Shown here: one piece after another, positions 38,429 through 50,664 of the stretch
How positions within the stretch are numbered: the stretch's first letter is position 1
Layout of the letters: every line of letters starts with the position of its first letter
Source of the DNA: Eledone cirrhosa
Lineage: Eukaryota
Length of the DNA: 64,000 bases
Direction: 5' to 3'
Assembly (NCBI GenBank): GCA_964016885.1
Contig: OZ024742.1
Span: 101,990,001-102,054,000 of the forward strand
The notes under the pieces: model-generated
What the model saw: only the letters and a program-made list of their open reading frames with translations
Databases searched by the model: none
Told to the model about the DNA's origin: nothing
Translations under genes and position numbers: made by a program

Positions 38429-39292
38429 ACAATACGCACATCTATGTTCAACTACACAAATTAAGCCTTATTAGAAATTTGAATATAAAAATAAGCATGA
38501 TAAGAGTGAAAATAATACCAATACATCTACCCAATATACATGAGGCAATAATATGATATAATTACAAGAGACACATATAATAAATAATAAACAATAAAAT
38601 TATATAATTCAATATAATATAATAGATAATAGAAACAATATAGATGTCACAATAAAATACAATGATAATATGTTAACAGTGTACTAACATTTACAATAAA
38701 CAATATATACAAATCGATTCATACTGGGTTACAGAGTAAATGAGGAAAAGTAAATTATATAATACTCAAAAAAACACTATAATGGTACAGGAAAAATTAT
38801 GATGGTACAGAAAAAAATATACAGACATCTTACATGATATGTAAAGTCTAAATATCATAATGTTACATATAATGAACAGTAAGTAATAAGGATCAATATT
38901 ACAATATTACAAAAATACAGACATCTTACATGATATATAAAGTTTAAATATCATAATGTTACATATAATGAATAGTAAGTAATAAGGATCAATATTACAA
39001 TACAATATAAGATGAATCTGAATAAAATAAAAAATAAAAATAGAATTAAAAATAAAATTAATAATAAAAATAAAAATAAAGATAATAATAGAATAACGTA
39101 AGTGGCGTAAAGTGTGTAATCTTATATATATTAACAAGGTGTAATAGTGAAAACATAGATATGGTACAGTAGCCAAATGATTATGAGAGCTAGAATGAAG
39201 AGTCATCAAAAACCAATGGTAATAATGATGATAACAATAATGTTGGCAAACAAAAGAACCTAAACTAAAAACTAAGTAATGGAATATATCTG

Positions 39293-40494
39293 CTAATGGG
39301 TACAATTTGTACTACTAGAACGTTTGGGTTTATAATAAAAATAAGAATTAGAAATGGCGTGGGGGCAAGAAGAGAATATCTCAGACTTTCTATTAAGTAA
39401 GGATATGCTAGAGAAAATTATAGAGTGTGTCTCAAGTATACAGAGATTACAAAACTTACTATGTGTAGAAAGGTGGTTAGAGCGTGCTACTAAACGCCAG
39501 TTAAGGCTATATGGTATATAAGCTCCCTTAAGATCCCAGATATAATGCGCTAAAGAAGTAGAATTCTTAAACCTAACATGTTTGAAGTTACAGATATGAG
39601 AGTTAAACCTAGTCTTAAAAGTGTTTGAAGTAGATCCTATATAAGTTCTATTAGAGGAATTAGTTATAACTTCGCAAGCGTAGACAATGTTCTTAGAAAG
39701 GCAGTTACCGTTTAGAGGGCAGTTAGCACTCACTCTACAATTGCACTTCCGGGTGTTATTGGTTGGCTCGAGTGGTGATGTATTACACGTAGGACCTCTA
39801 TTAGATAAGGACTGTTCTGGTGGTAAAGCATTGTCAGATCCGTTCAGACTAGTAGTATGTAGAGAGGAGAATCCATCCCTAATTTTCCTATTATTAGTGC
39901 TAGCTAAATGAGAACTAATATTAGGGGTGGTAGAGAATGAGAGTTTAATAACATTTTTATTAAAAATACCATGGTATTTATGAGAAGGGGGGAAATATTT
40001 CTCTAAGATAGTGAAGAAAGACCTAGGGATATTAGTTGATACATCCTGATTATATGGCGGGTTGAAATAAGTATTTAATCGCCTTCTATTTTTATTCTTA
40101 CCGACCCTACCTTTATCAAATGTCCCACCGTCGAGACTAGGGTTACTATCAGGATTAGTTGAAGCCACATTCATAGAATCAGCCATAATTTCGTTATGTC
40201 TATTATAGTTTCTACCTCCAGTAGATCTGCTGCTGTCCGGAATCCCTTCAAGAGGATTAGGGCCAATGATAGGATCAGTAGGAGCAACATTATTAGAATA
40301 AGATCCAGCAAAACCAACACCAATGCGTGAGCGCACAGGGGGTTCAACTTGTCTCCTAGAGGTATTATATTTGCTATTACGAGTCCGGTGGGTTAACTTA
40401 TGGGTCGGTTCAGATACACCTATATAATTTCTACGGTTACTATATTTGCTACTCCCATTCATGGCCATGTTATGTGATATAATGTTATTATTAT
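39293..40494 (-). pseudogene. C-terminal part of a Naiad-like PLE ORF (linker + GIY-YIG); RT lost by truncation
   Basis: YFNPPY, KYFP..HKYHGIFNKN.IKLSFSTTPN, CNCRVSANCPL, IVYAC...YIGST, CNLC, LLNRKSE..CPH. The first ~39 aa of the called ORF come from the inverted pLTR. Confidence 0.9.
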
Positions 40495-40581
40495 TTTTGC
40501 AAGACTTTAGTGTATGTACACTCCATATTCTTCGGAGCTTCCGGCTTGTATCTGCCGATATTACTTCTTGTTGTTTTGATT

Positions 40582-40619
40582 GCCCTGATGAGTCCTTAAT
40601 AGGACGAAACATTGTCGGC
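40582..40619 (+). ncRNA. Type I hammerhead (PLE #2 inverted pLTR)
   Basis: GCC-CTGATGA-GTCCT taat AGGAC-GAAA-CATTG-TC-GGC. Confidence 0.92.
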
Positions 40620-40766
40620 TAATAAGAACTTTTGATGTATTAAAGGATTCTTTGTTTTACTCTCTTAATTTTTTGGCTCTGTTTAACTGCATTGAGCTAT
40701 ACCTTTTACTGTCATTTCTATAACACGAAGAGGGTGGTTAACTCCAACACGCTCCAGTATTCTAAT

Positions 40767-40832
<66 letters not shown>

Positions 40833-40983
40833 TATATATAACCAAAAGTTTATATGGTTCGTTGATTATTCAATGAATTCAATTTTACAATAGATTAGAA
40901 GCACTCGACAAGATTTTATCTGGAGTATCTATAATATTATTCAAAATATTAATAAATGAGAAATGTTATCATAACCAAAGTAT

Positions 40984-41048
40984 ATATTTTATTATACATA
41001 TTTCAAAGGTACAATGGTGTTTTAGTACGTTTTCATCAGATAAAATAT
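40984..41048 (-). ncRNA. Type I hammerhead (family D)
   Basis: Reverse complement ATATTTTAT-CTGATGA-AAACGTAC..GTACCTTT-GAAA-TATGTA-TA-ATAAAATAT. Confidence 0.85.
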
Positions 41049-41140
41049 ATAAGAGACTGGTACTTGAATCTTCAATATACTGCCACTACAGGAATTAAAG
41101 ATTCAAGTACCTTAGCGGTATGTCGCATATCCAATCTCAT

Positions 41141-41205
41141 ATATTTTATCTGATGAAAACGTACTGAAACACCATTGTACCTTTGAAATATGTATAATAA
41201 AATAT
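41141..41205 (+). ncRNA. Type I hammerhead (family D)
   Basis: ATATTTTAT-CTGATGA-AAACGTAC..GTACCTTT-GAAA-TATGTA-TA-ATAAAATAT. Confidence 0.85.
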
Positions 41206-41314
41206 ATACTTTGGTTATGATAACAATTTTCATTTATTAATATTTTGAATAATATTATATATATATATATATATAGTGTACATAGGTGTATGTGTATCTA
41301 TACATGTGCGTATA

Positions 41315-41433
41315 TGATGATTCTGTGAGTGCACAGGTGAAACTCCAGAGTAACAAGATTCACCACTTAACCATAATAAAGAATATTTAAACTCTACTTC
41401 GGTATTGAGTACTCCTTCCCACGTCCGTCAATA
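41315..41433 (+). mobile_element. PLE 3' tail remnant starting inside a hammerhead
   Basis: TGATGA-TTCTGTG agtg CACAGGT-GAAA-CTC ca GAG-TA, with the core C and 5' stem I missing; then AATAAA and ATTGAGTAC. Confidence 0.7.
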
Positions 41434-41744
41434 ACACACACACACATACACACACTCACACACTCACAAACACTCACACACATACACACACAGACACACT
41501 CACAGATGGTTTGAGGAAAAGAGTTGGTCACGAGCATGTTAATGAAACAAAGCAATGTAAGAGCTACGTATTCATTACGTAAGTAACTCTACACTGATAG
41601 TAATCAGACATTGATTCTGTGTGTAGTAGACATTGTTTTGCTACATGTAATTCGTGATACTTCATATAGAACAACGAAAATAAAAATATTTTCTTTCTTA
41701 CGTCAAAGTCTCAAAGTCATCTACGAGTGTTATATATATTCTAT

Positions 41745-42020
41745 TTTGCTTTAAAATTTGAACGAAATCGGTGCCAAAATGTGGGAGCTAGAGCCAAAAA
41801 TCTTATTTCTCGATACCTAAAAAAAGGTGACGCCCCTATCGATTTTTATCTGCAGAATGACCCCGGAATAAAAAAAAAACGATACGCTGATATATAGAAA
41901 ACACTCCCCGACGACTAATCTATGAACCTATAAAGTTTCATGAAAATCGGTCGTAAGATGTAGGCCCCTATAGGTAATACACACACACACACACATACTT
42001 AATTTTATATATATACAGAT
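41745..42020 (+). mobile_element. Possible Helentron/DINE-like non-autonomous fragment
   Basis: AAAATTTGAACGAAATCGG and AAAGTTTCATGAAAATCGG motifs, a (CA)n tract, then TTTTATATATATACAGAT. Confidence 0.4.
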
Positions 42021-42089
42021 ATATGTATATATTTATACATATAGATTTATACATTTATATTTATACATATACATTAAGATCCATAACAA

Positions 42090-42985
42090 AAAATAGAAAC
42101 AGACATATACTACAAGCCCACAGACTCCAAGCAATATCTTCCTTTCAACTCTTGCCACCCTAGACACGTTAAAATTAATATTCCCTACAACTTAGCCAAG
42201 AGAATCTGTACTATAGTTTCCAATAAAAACATCTGCTACTTACGGCTACAAGAACTAAAGGACACACTCATAGGCAGGGATTACCCTGCATCACTAATTG
42301 ACAATGGAATCCAACGTGCCCTAAAACGCAGTACCCAGGACCTTAGACACCCTAAAGTAAATCAACCGAAACTAAAAGCTCTTCCATACATCTCCACACA
42401 CAACCCCATCAACAATGAGACCTTTGACACCATCCTCCAGAACATCCCTGTGTTGAAAAAGGACCATAGAATGAACCAAATCCTACGAACACACGATACC
42501 ATAAAGAGCAAAAGACAATCTAAGTCTATGAAAAACATCCTAACACATGCCAAAGTACTGCCAACCACAACAACGAAACCCACAGTAAAAGAAATGCGAT
42601 AGACCCAACTGTGGCATATGCATCAACCTAATAGAGGGTTCGGAATTCTATTTAAAAGAAGGACAACGTTTTATAGTAAAACACAATTTCACATGCGCAT
42701 CAGAAAATCTAATATATGTATTAATTTGCTCAGGTTGTCGAGAACAATACATAGGCCAGACCAAAAACAGCCTCCGCCAACGCATGACTGTCCATAGATC
42801 CCAAATTAAAATACGGGAATACAGGAAAATACCACTGAGTGAACACATTGATACCTGTGCCGCCCAAAATCATCCCAACTTCAGAATCTTTCCCCTCTAC
42901 AAATTTAAAGATAATGCCACCCACACCCAGCGTATCAGCAAGGAATCTCACTTTATTAACAAATACGGACCCCCGTCTAAACACT
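42090..42985 (+). pseudogene. Neptune-like PLE fragment: RT thumb, Zn-linker and GIY-YIG, frameshift near 42590
   Basis: Manual translation ETDIYYKPTDSKQYLPFNSCHPRHVKINIPYNLAKRIC.../KCDRPNCGIC...FTCASENLIYVLICSGCREQYIGQT..LRQRM..H. Confidence 0.88.
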
Positions 42986-44178
42986 TCTCCCTAAGACGAA
43001 CCCACAACATACACACGTCAACATACATACCTACATCAGCATACATCTCTATCCACATATAAACACAATGACATACGTAAACACACATGTTCTATGGTGC
43101 AACACAAATATACACAAATTTGCATACCTTTTGATGTCTATAGATATAAACGTGCCGACACACACACATACACATACGCACACATGCATTGCACACTGAT
43201 GGGCACATACATATTTGTACACAAGTATTCCAATACGCCAAGGCCTAATGGATTCCCCTTGCGGTACGTACAATCTGGACACTCACACACACCTTGGTAT
43301 TATGCCAATACTATATATCATTTCACACCTTTTATTATTAAGGTTTTTGATGTTCTATTGAGAGAATCGTTTTTACTGAAAATATCGAATAATGTACACC
43401 ATTTTTACCAGTATCACAAAAATACTGGTCCACCCACACCCACATACACATGCGTACATTAACATACAAAGAGACATATACACACACACACTTCTCCGTA
43501 TAAGACAAGAGCTGAAAAATATCTTTTAACATGTTAAAATATCCCCACACACGTACAGACACATTCCTACTGACCATCCCTCTACCACGAATTACTCTGC
43601 TACACACACACACACACACGCGCGCGCACACACACTTGTCTTAATAGGCATTTGAACTGTCAACAGGCTGCGGTTCGCACACACATCCCTGCTGACCATT
43701 ATCACAACAACGAACCTCTTTACTACTACTACTACTACTACACACACACACACACACACATATTTGTCTTGAAAGACTTATTTTTCAGTGACTTCTCAAT
43801 CAAGCCGAGACAAACCTACATTTGGCGCAAAATCAATTTTTAACATTCACATGACCTCTACCGACCAATCAAAATTGTTTTGACCACAAGAATTTTTTCA
43901 TACATCTGGAGCCACTTTTTTTTACATAAAACAGGTAGAATTTCCCAAACTAATCAGATTAGAGCAAACATAACGGGCGCTCTATCTGAAAATTATTTTT
44001 GAAAAGCATTAGAAATGCGCAACCGGTAAAACTTAAAACCAAAACTGAATACTAACCAATACTATTACTAATTTTTACTTATTCCTAATTAAACTATTTT
44101 TCACTGGGAACAATTTGTCAGCATTTTCTTTTCCTTTTACCAATATATCATAACTCGTGTGTTATACCTCTATTCTTT

Positions 44179-44315
<137 letters not shown>

Positions 44316-44967
44316 AAGATAATATAAGATATGTATCATCATACTTTCTTTTTTCCTGTTTTTCTGACATTGAGAAATTCACAAAAATAAACCAAAAAAA
44401 GTTTCTATATCTAGTTTTAAATGATAAATTTACTAAAATAAATAATATATATCCTGTTACAAAAATAAATTTCTTTACTAAGTTTATTTACTAAAACATA
44501 AATTGTTATATCCAGATTTAAATAATTATCAAGTGAAGTAAAATCATAATTAGCAAAGGTAGAGAGTTGACAAAAAGTTGAATATTAAAAATTTGAAGCA
44601 AGAAAAAGAAAAAATTATGTTAGGAAACTACTCTTCTTTTTTATGTATAAACTTTTGTGATTTTTTAGTTAATTCCCGTGGCTCCCCCCAACAACTTGCT
44701 ATGGCCCACTGGTGGGTCATGGCCCCTTGGTTGGGAACCAATGACTTAGACCATTACTCAACAGAGTACTCGATACATGGTGTAGTAGAGTATGGTTATA
44801 TTAGAATTAGTCGAGACCCGACGGCCGAACTCTTGCCGTTCCAACAGCTAGTTCATACATATATACACACATACAAATATACATGCATGCATACATACAC
44901 ACATACATACATACATACATACATCCATCCAAATATCTATATGCACATACATACATATATATATATA

Positions 44968-45726
44968 TAAAGATTTACATATACACAAACGAGACAAAGT
45001 CACAGATATATATGTTTTGGCAACCATTCACGTTGTGGCTCAATGATGAATTAATAAATTAAATAATCAGAGCAATATACTATAAAGTATGTCCATAGAA
45101 TCATTTGATAATATATATACACCATTTCCTTTCCCAATTAGCATAATTAACCACACAAAAAAATCAATTAGACCAGGCTATAAGATTAAAAGGCACCTAT
45201 GAAGAAATAGTAGATAAATAAACTACAGCAATCTCTTCGCGACCAACCGCCATAGAATATTTACCCAACATTTCAACAGCACGTGGAAATCGATTAAATA
45301 TACCGTCAACTATACACAATTAGGTATAAAATTAAACTTAGAAGAAAAATGCATATACACATACCAGGATCACGTTTCTACTCTAGGGTTTCGTTCCCTT
45401 TCGGAAATATCCTATTAAGGATAAAATCTCGAGCTTCGAACTCGTCAGGAAACAAACTCATATGGACAAAGGATTTTCCTAAGTGATCTCCGCCAGAAAC
45501 GAATTCAAAATGGCTAAGAACTGTGACGTGGCAGTGGTCAAGTCAGAAAGAATGTGATTGGTTGCTTACGGCGAGTGGGCTGGTTGCTAGAAAACGCAGC
45601 CCAATATTGCCCAAATTGCATCTCAACCTTATGGGAGATTATTAAATATAAAGATTTACATATACACAAACTAGACAAAGTCACAGATATATATGTTTTG
45701 GCAACCATTCACGATGTGGCTCAATG

Positions 45727-45729
<3 letters not shown>
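44968..45729 (-). mobile_element. Terminally redundant 681-bp HHR-bearing unit (retrozyme-like or pLTR partial tandem) in (TA)n
   Basis: An ~80-bp direct repeat at 44968-45048 and 45649-45729 (period 681); HHR at 45374-45453. Confidence 0.75.
45374..45453 (-). ncRNA. Type I hammerhead with an extended stem II
   Basis: Reverse complement GTTTC-CTGACGA-GTTC...ATCCTTAATAGGAT...GAAC-GAAA-CCCTAGAG-TA-GAAAC. Confidence 0.8.
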
Positions 45730-45787
<58 letters not shown>

Positions 45788-45892
45788 TAAAATAACAGAT
45801 TAAAGTTTAAGCAAAGAATCGCTGTTTTCATCCTTAACGGGATCTTCTGAAACATACACATACATGCATATATGTATACATACATACATATA

Positions 45893-46403
45893 TGATGGCT
45901 GCCCCCCTCGTTATCAAGTATGGCCATTGTACGATATACCATTATTAATAATTATTAATTAATTCTATCGTGCAATGTTTGTACAGTGGGAAAGACTGTG
46001 CACTGAACCAATCCCACTCTCTGAGCGACAGTAGCTATAACCAGAAAAAAAGAAAAGATCAACATCATCGGTAACTACTGAGCCGCAGGTTTTATATCGG
46101 AGTTATCCCAGTTTCTGAGTTGCCTTCTCCTAGAAGAATGCCCTGACAAAGGCTAGGGGTCCTTCACTCCCAGTGGTTTAACTGTGCGCTACATGTGTAT
46201 ATACATATTTACACACTTTCGGATGGCCGTTGACTCTTATGAGTTCTTCCACCCTTTGTCAGGTTTTGTTTTTTGTCCTGCAGGGTGTCCAAAATCACCC
46301 TCCTCAAACTTGGTGGGGTTGCCGGTTTAGTCACCAACGACCCGACCATGTGACAGGTTGTACTGGGTTACATGTTACCAGTAGCACTCAAGAGTGACCC
46401 GAC
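45893..46403 (-). mobile_element. Non-autonomous element with an RTE-like 5' UTR; relative at ~57900-58190
   Basis: Shared minus-strand GTGCTACTGGTAACATGTA.CCCAGTACAACCTGTC..GACTAAAC.GGCAACCCCACC and AGGAGAAGG.AACTC motifs. Confidence 0.55.
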
Positions 46404-46497
46404 ATATATATATATACATGCAAACATACATACATACATGTATACATACATACAAACATTCATACATACATACAAGCATTCATACATACATACATAT

Positions 46498-46548
<51 letters not shown>

Positions 46549-46632
46549 CATACATACAAACATTCGTACATACATACATTAATACATACACGCACACACA
46601 TACACACACGGTCATACACACATACACTCTCA

Positions 46633-46679
<47 letters not shown>

Positions 46680-46853
46680 GTGCGCGTGTGTGTATACGTG
46701 TGTGTATGTATGTATATATACATATATATATGAACAAACAAACACACACTCACACATACACACACAGAGATATATATATATATGTGCGTGTGTGTATGTA
46801 TGTATATATATATATATATATATATATGAACACACACACACACATATATATAT

Positions 46854-47027
46854 ATAGGAAAATGTTTAACCCCGACGGCAGAGCTCAAGCCGCTTCGACG
46901 GCTAGTCAAAACGGCTTGAGCTCTGCCGTCGGGGTTAAACATTTTCCTATTACCCACATTACTACCTTAAGTATTGAGTACTCTGGTTCGTTATGGTCCA
47001 TCTGGTTCCTTACCACACTTCCTTCGT

Positions 47028-47028
<1 letters not shown>
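46854..47028 (+). mobile_element. Fold-back PLE-type tail remnant
   Basis: Perfect ~39-bp stem across 46854-46950 with CTAGTC in the loop, followed by the ATTGAGTAC tail motif and (TA). Confidence 0.6.
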
Positions 47029-47062
<34 letters not shown>

Positions 47063-47512
47063 ATAAACCCCACCTGACGAGGAAAACTTATGTCTTTCCC
47101 CTTCTCCCCGAGAAAATAACAACGAAATATGAACAGCTTGATAATACATCGCAACCCTCAGCCTATTACATATCCCTGACAATACTCCTGCAATGTCTGC
47201 CTTGGCACCTACATTTTACCATCATTGGTCACAAGAACTTGGAAACTGATGGTCACTGTTACAGGAAATGTCAACGTCAATAGGAGATATAGAGAGAATA
47301 CATTTTTCATTGAAGGAGGAGGGTGACCATGTCATTCGATCTATGTTAACAATTATACAAGAGTCGGATTCTAGTACGAGGGTTGGCTTAATAGTTCATT
47401 GGTTGACTATAAAGGATGGATGCTAGAGCTGTGAAATCTTGCATGCATTAATTTCAACTCGGAACAATAGCGAACTGTTGTGTGTGTGTGTACGTGAATA
47501 TGTATGTGTGTG

Positions 47513-47605
<93 letters not shown>

Positions 47606-48919
47606 ACGCTTTGTTTCTTTCTGGGGACTATGTTGAAAAATAAGCCTCATTTGGTCATTCCATGAGAGTATCTTCATCATTCTATGAAGTTTTCAGTCGA
47701 GCCTCGTAAACACTGAAGTAATCTCTCCAACAGAGAAACAGCTCATGTCAGCCAGCTATCCCGCTCATGTTTGCCAGCATGAAAACAGAACAAAAACAAG
47801 AAACATAATTGGATAGTTAACGAATTTAATGAGTGACGTGAAATATAAACTGACACAGATCTCTCATAAACTACTGTAACATCAAATAAAAGTGATAATG
47901 GACAAACATTTTCTTAGGAATTCAGTAATTAACGCACAAGAAATTCATATTTGTCTATTTGAATAGCTTTTAGCAATGAAAACGTATAGTTTTGTGGTTA
48001 GGATGTTCGGATCCCGATCATATGGTCGTGGGTTTGATTCTCGGTGGTGCATTGAGTACTTCATTTAGTCAATTTTTCTCGTTATTCCAGTCTGCTTTAT
48101 CATATATTGTGTTATGCCGAATCTCTCCGAGAACTATGTTATGGGTCCACGTGTCTGTGAAATGCTCAACTACTTGCACGTTAATTTCATAAGCAGGCTG
48201 TTCCCTTGTTTGAACAACTGGAACATTCGTCGTCGAAACAGCTGGAGGTTCAACTCACATTCACATACTTAATCCTTCCTTGTCGAATGATCTTAAAGTT
48301 TTGTTAGTTTTTACGACACAGATTTTCTATTGACTCTAAATATGTTAGTATGACCATGTTTTTTATTTCTTCCTTAGTCTCATATTGGTGATAAAAAAAA
48401 GTGTGAGCTAATAATTGTTTCTACTTTTGGCACAAAGCCAGCAATTACCCCAGTGCATTACTGGCACTTTATTTTATCGACCCCGTAAGGATCAAATGGA
48501 AAGTTAACCTCGGCGGGATTTGAACTCAGAACGTAAAAAGCCATAACTATCCTGCAAAGCATGGCGTCCGACGCTCTACCGATACTGCCAACCCACTACA
48601 CATGTACAGTATATATACTTAAGCCCCTCCATCCCAAAACTGTAACGGAAGCTCAGACACTGTGTGTGTGTGTGTGTTGGTCAGTGATGGATGGACATCA
48701 TTAAGAAGGTTCAATATGACCCCTAAATACTATATAACCTTTATATACAACATGGCAGTTTAGTTCATACATAGTTAACGACGTCAAACTGTTTCTCTAT
48801 CAACTGGCGGACAATCTGTCAGTCAGTTCACACTAAGAACAATAGTGAACTGTTGTGTGTGTGTGTCTACTTCAGTGTGTATGTGTGTGTATTTGAATAT
48901 GTATGTGTGTATATGTGTG

Positions 48920-49300
48920 TGTGTATGTGTGTGTGTACGCAGCGCTTATGTGTATGCATGTGCAATGTCTACGTATGTGTACGTCAATATGTATACATGT
49001 GTATGTGTGTGTGTGTACGCAGCGCTTATGTGTATGCATGTGCAATGTCTACGTGTGTGTGCGTCAATATGTATACATGTGTATGTGTGTGTGTACGCAG
49101 CGCTTATGTCTATGCATGTGCATTGTCTACGTGTGTGTGCGTCAATATGTATACATGTGTATGTGTGTGTGTGTACACGCTTATGTGTATGCATGTGCAA
49201 TGTCTACGTGTGTGTACGTCAATATGTATACATGTGTATGTGTGTGTGTGTGTGTGTACACGCTTATGTGTATGCATGTGCATGTCTACGTGTGGGTGTG
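48920..49300. repeat. ~76-80 bp TG-rich minisatellite
   Basis: Repeats of CGCTTATGTGTATGCATGTGCAATGTCTACG...CGTCAATATGTATACATG. Confidence 0.85.
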
Positions 49301-49661
49301 GCGTGAATATATATGCATGCGTATGTGTGTGTGTACACGTTTATGTATATGCACGTACATGTCTATGTGTATGTATGTCATTATGTATGCATGTGTATGT
49401 ATGTCATTATGTATGCATGTGTATGTGTTTATGTATGTACACACTTGTGTATGCACGTGCATGTCTACGTGTGTGTGACGTGAATATGCATGCATATGTG
49501 TGTGTGTGTGTGTTAGTGCGGGTGTGTGAGTGTCAGTGTGTGTGTGCGTGTGTGTTTGAGTGTGTGTGTGTATGTGTGAGTGTGTGTGTGAGTGTGTGTG
49601 AGTGTGAGTGTGTATGTATGTGTGTGAGTGTGTGTGTATGTGGGTGAGTGTCAGTGTGTGT

Positions 49662-49692
<31 letters not shown>

Positions 49693-50068
49693 AGTGTGTG
49701 TGTGTGAGTGTGAGTGTGTATGTGTGTGTGTGAGTGTGTGTGTGTGGGGGGGGGGATATAACCAAAGAGGTCATATATGACATTAAGGTTGAAAAAAAAA
49801 GAAAAATAACTGTACATGTTTAGGGTCATATTCTCCTATAATTGGTGTGCAGGTCTGTGTGTATACAGACACACTCAAATGCACACACACGTGTGTGTGC
49901 ACATACACACGCGTGCCCACATACACACATATATATTTATATAAATACACACAGACACATACACACATATACATATACGAACATAAATACAACATACATA
50001 TAAACATCGACACATGCACACACACACACACAGACACACACATATATATATATGTCAACATTTCGGCG

Positions 50069-50099
<31 letters not shown>

Positions 50100-50553
50100 T
50101 CTTATCATTTTCCAGCGCAACACACGTTTGGTACTAGGATTGATTATTCCTCTCTCTCGAAGAAATCGGTGGTGTTCAGACCTGGAGAATGGATGGTTTA
50201 AAATGCACCAGGTTTAAAATGCCCTAGACATTATGTCACAACGGCGCACCTTCAACTCCATCAAGGGTTACGAGTTCATATGTACTTACAAAAGCAAGGA
50301 ACCACTTTACAATTTCAGCCTGAATGGAGAATAATCAGCTCCATAGAAAGAATGTGGACTTGTGACAATATTCAAATAGTTCTAACGTTTAAGTTGGTAG
50401 GTAGATCTGAACACATTTCTTGTCATGTTCTTTCAAATAAAGATCTGTAATCGTATTGGCAATAAGTTTATCTCCATTAAGTACTGCGTTGATAGCTGGA
50501 AATCTATTAACATCAGATTATCTTAGAAATAGTTCAAAATAATTATGGAGAAT

Positions 50554-50664
<111 letters not shown>

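Larger units (their letters stand above)
37941..40770 (-). mobile_element. 5'-truncated Penelope-like element #2 (Naiad-like) with an inverted pLTR at its 5' end
   Basis: GIY-YIG ORF on the minus strand; pLTR 37941-38115 is the reverse complement of ~40494-40668; HHR in both; (TA)n on both sides. Confidence 0.9.
40832..41260. mobile_element. Fold-back pLTR remnant (family D) with two divergently oriented HHRs
   Basis: ~40930-41056 is the reverse complement of ~41134-41259; central hairpin GGTACTTGAATCTT..AAGATTCAAGTACC. Confidence 0.85.

Noticed and set aside
40495-40612. N-terminus and start codon of the 439-aa ORF as a standalone GIY-YIG gene
   Set aside because: This part is the antisense of the inverted pLTR; the fusion is a by-product of truncation and inversion
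43975-44035. Possible pLTR hammerhead of the Neptune-like fragment (CTGAAAA...GAAA...GGTA)
   Set aside because: Core and stems are too degenerate to support a call
44670-44853. hAT-like terminus (GGTTGGGAACCAATG) and Helitron-like 3' hairpin (GACGGC..GCCGTT..CTAGT)
   Set aside because: Only single ends are visible, with no matching opposite terminus or TSD
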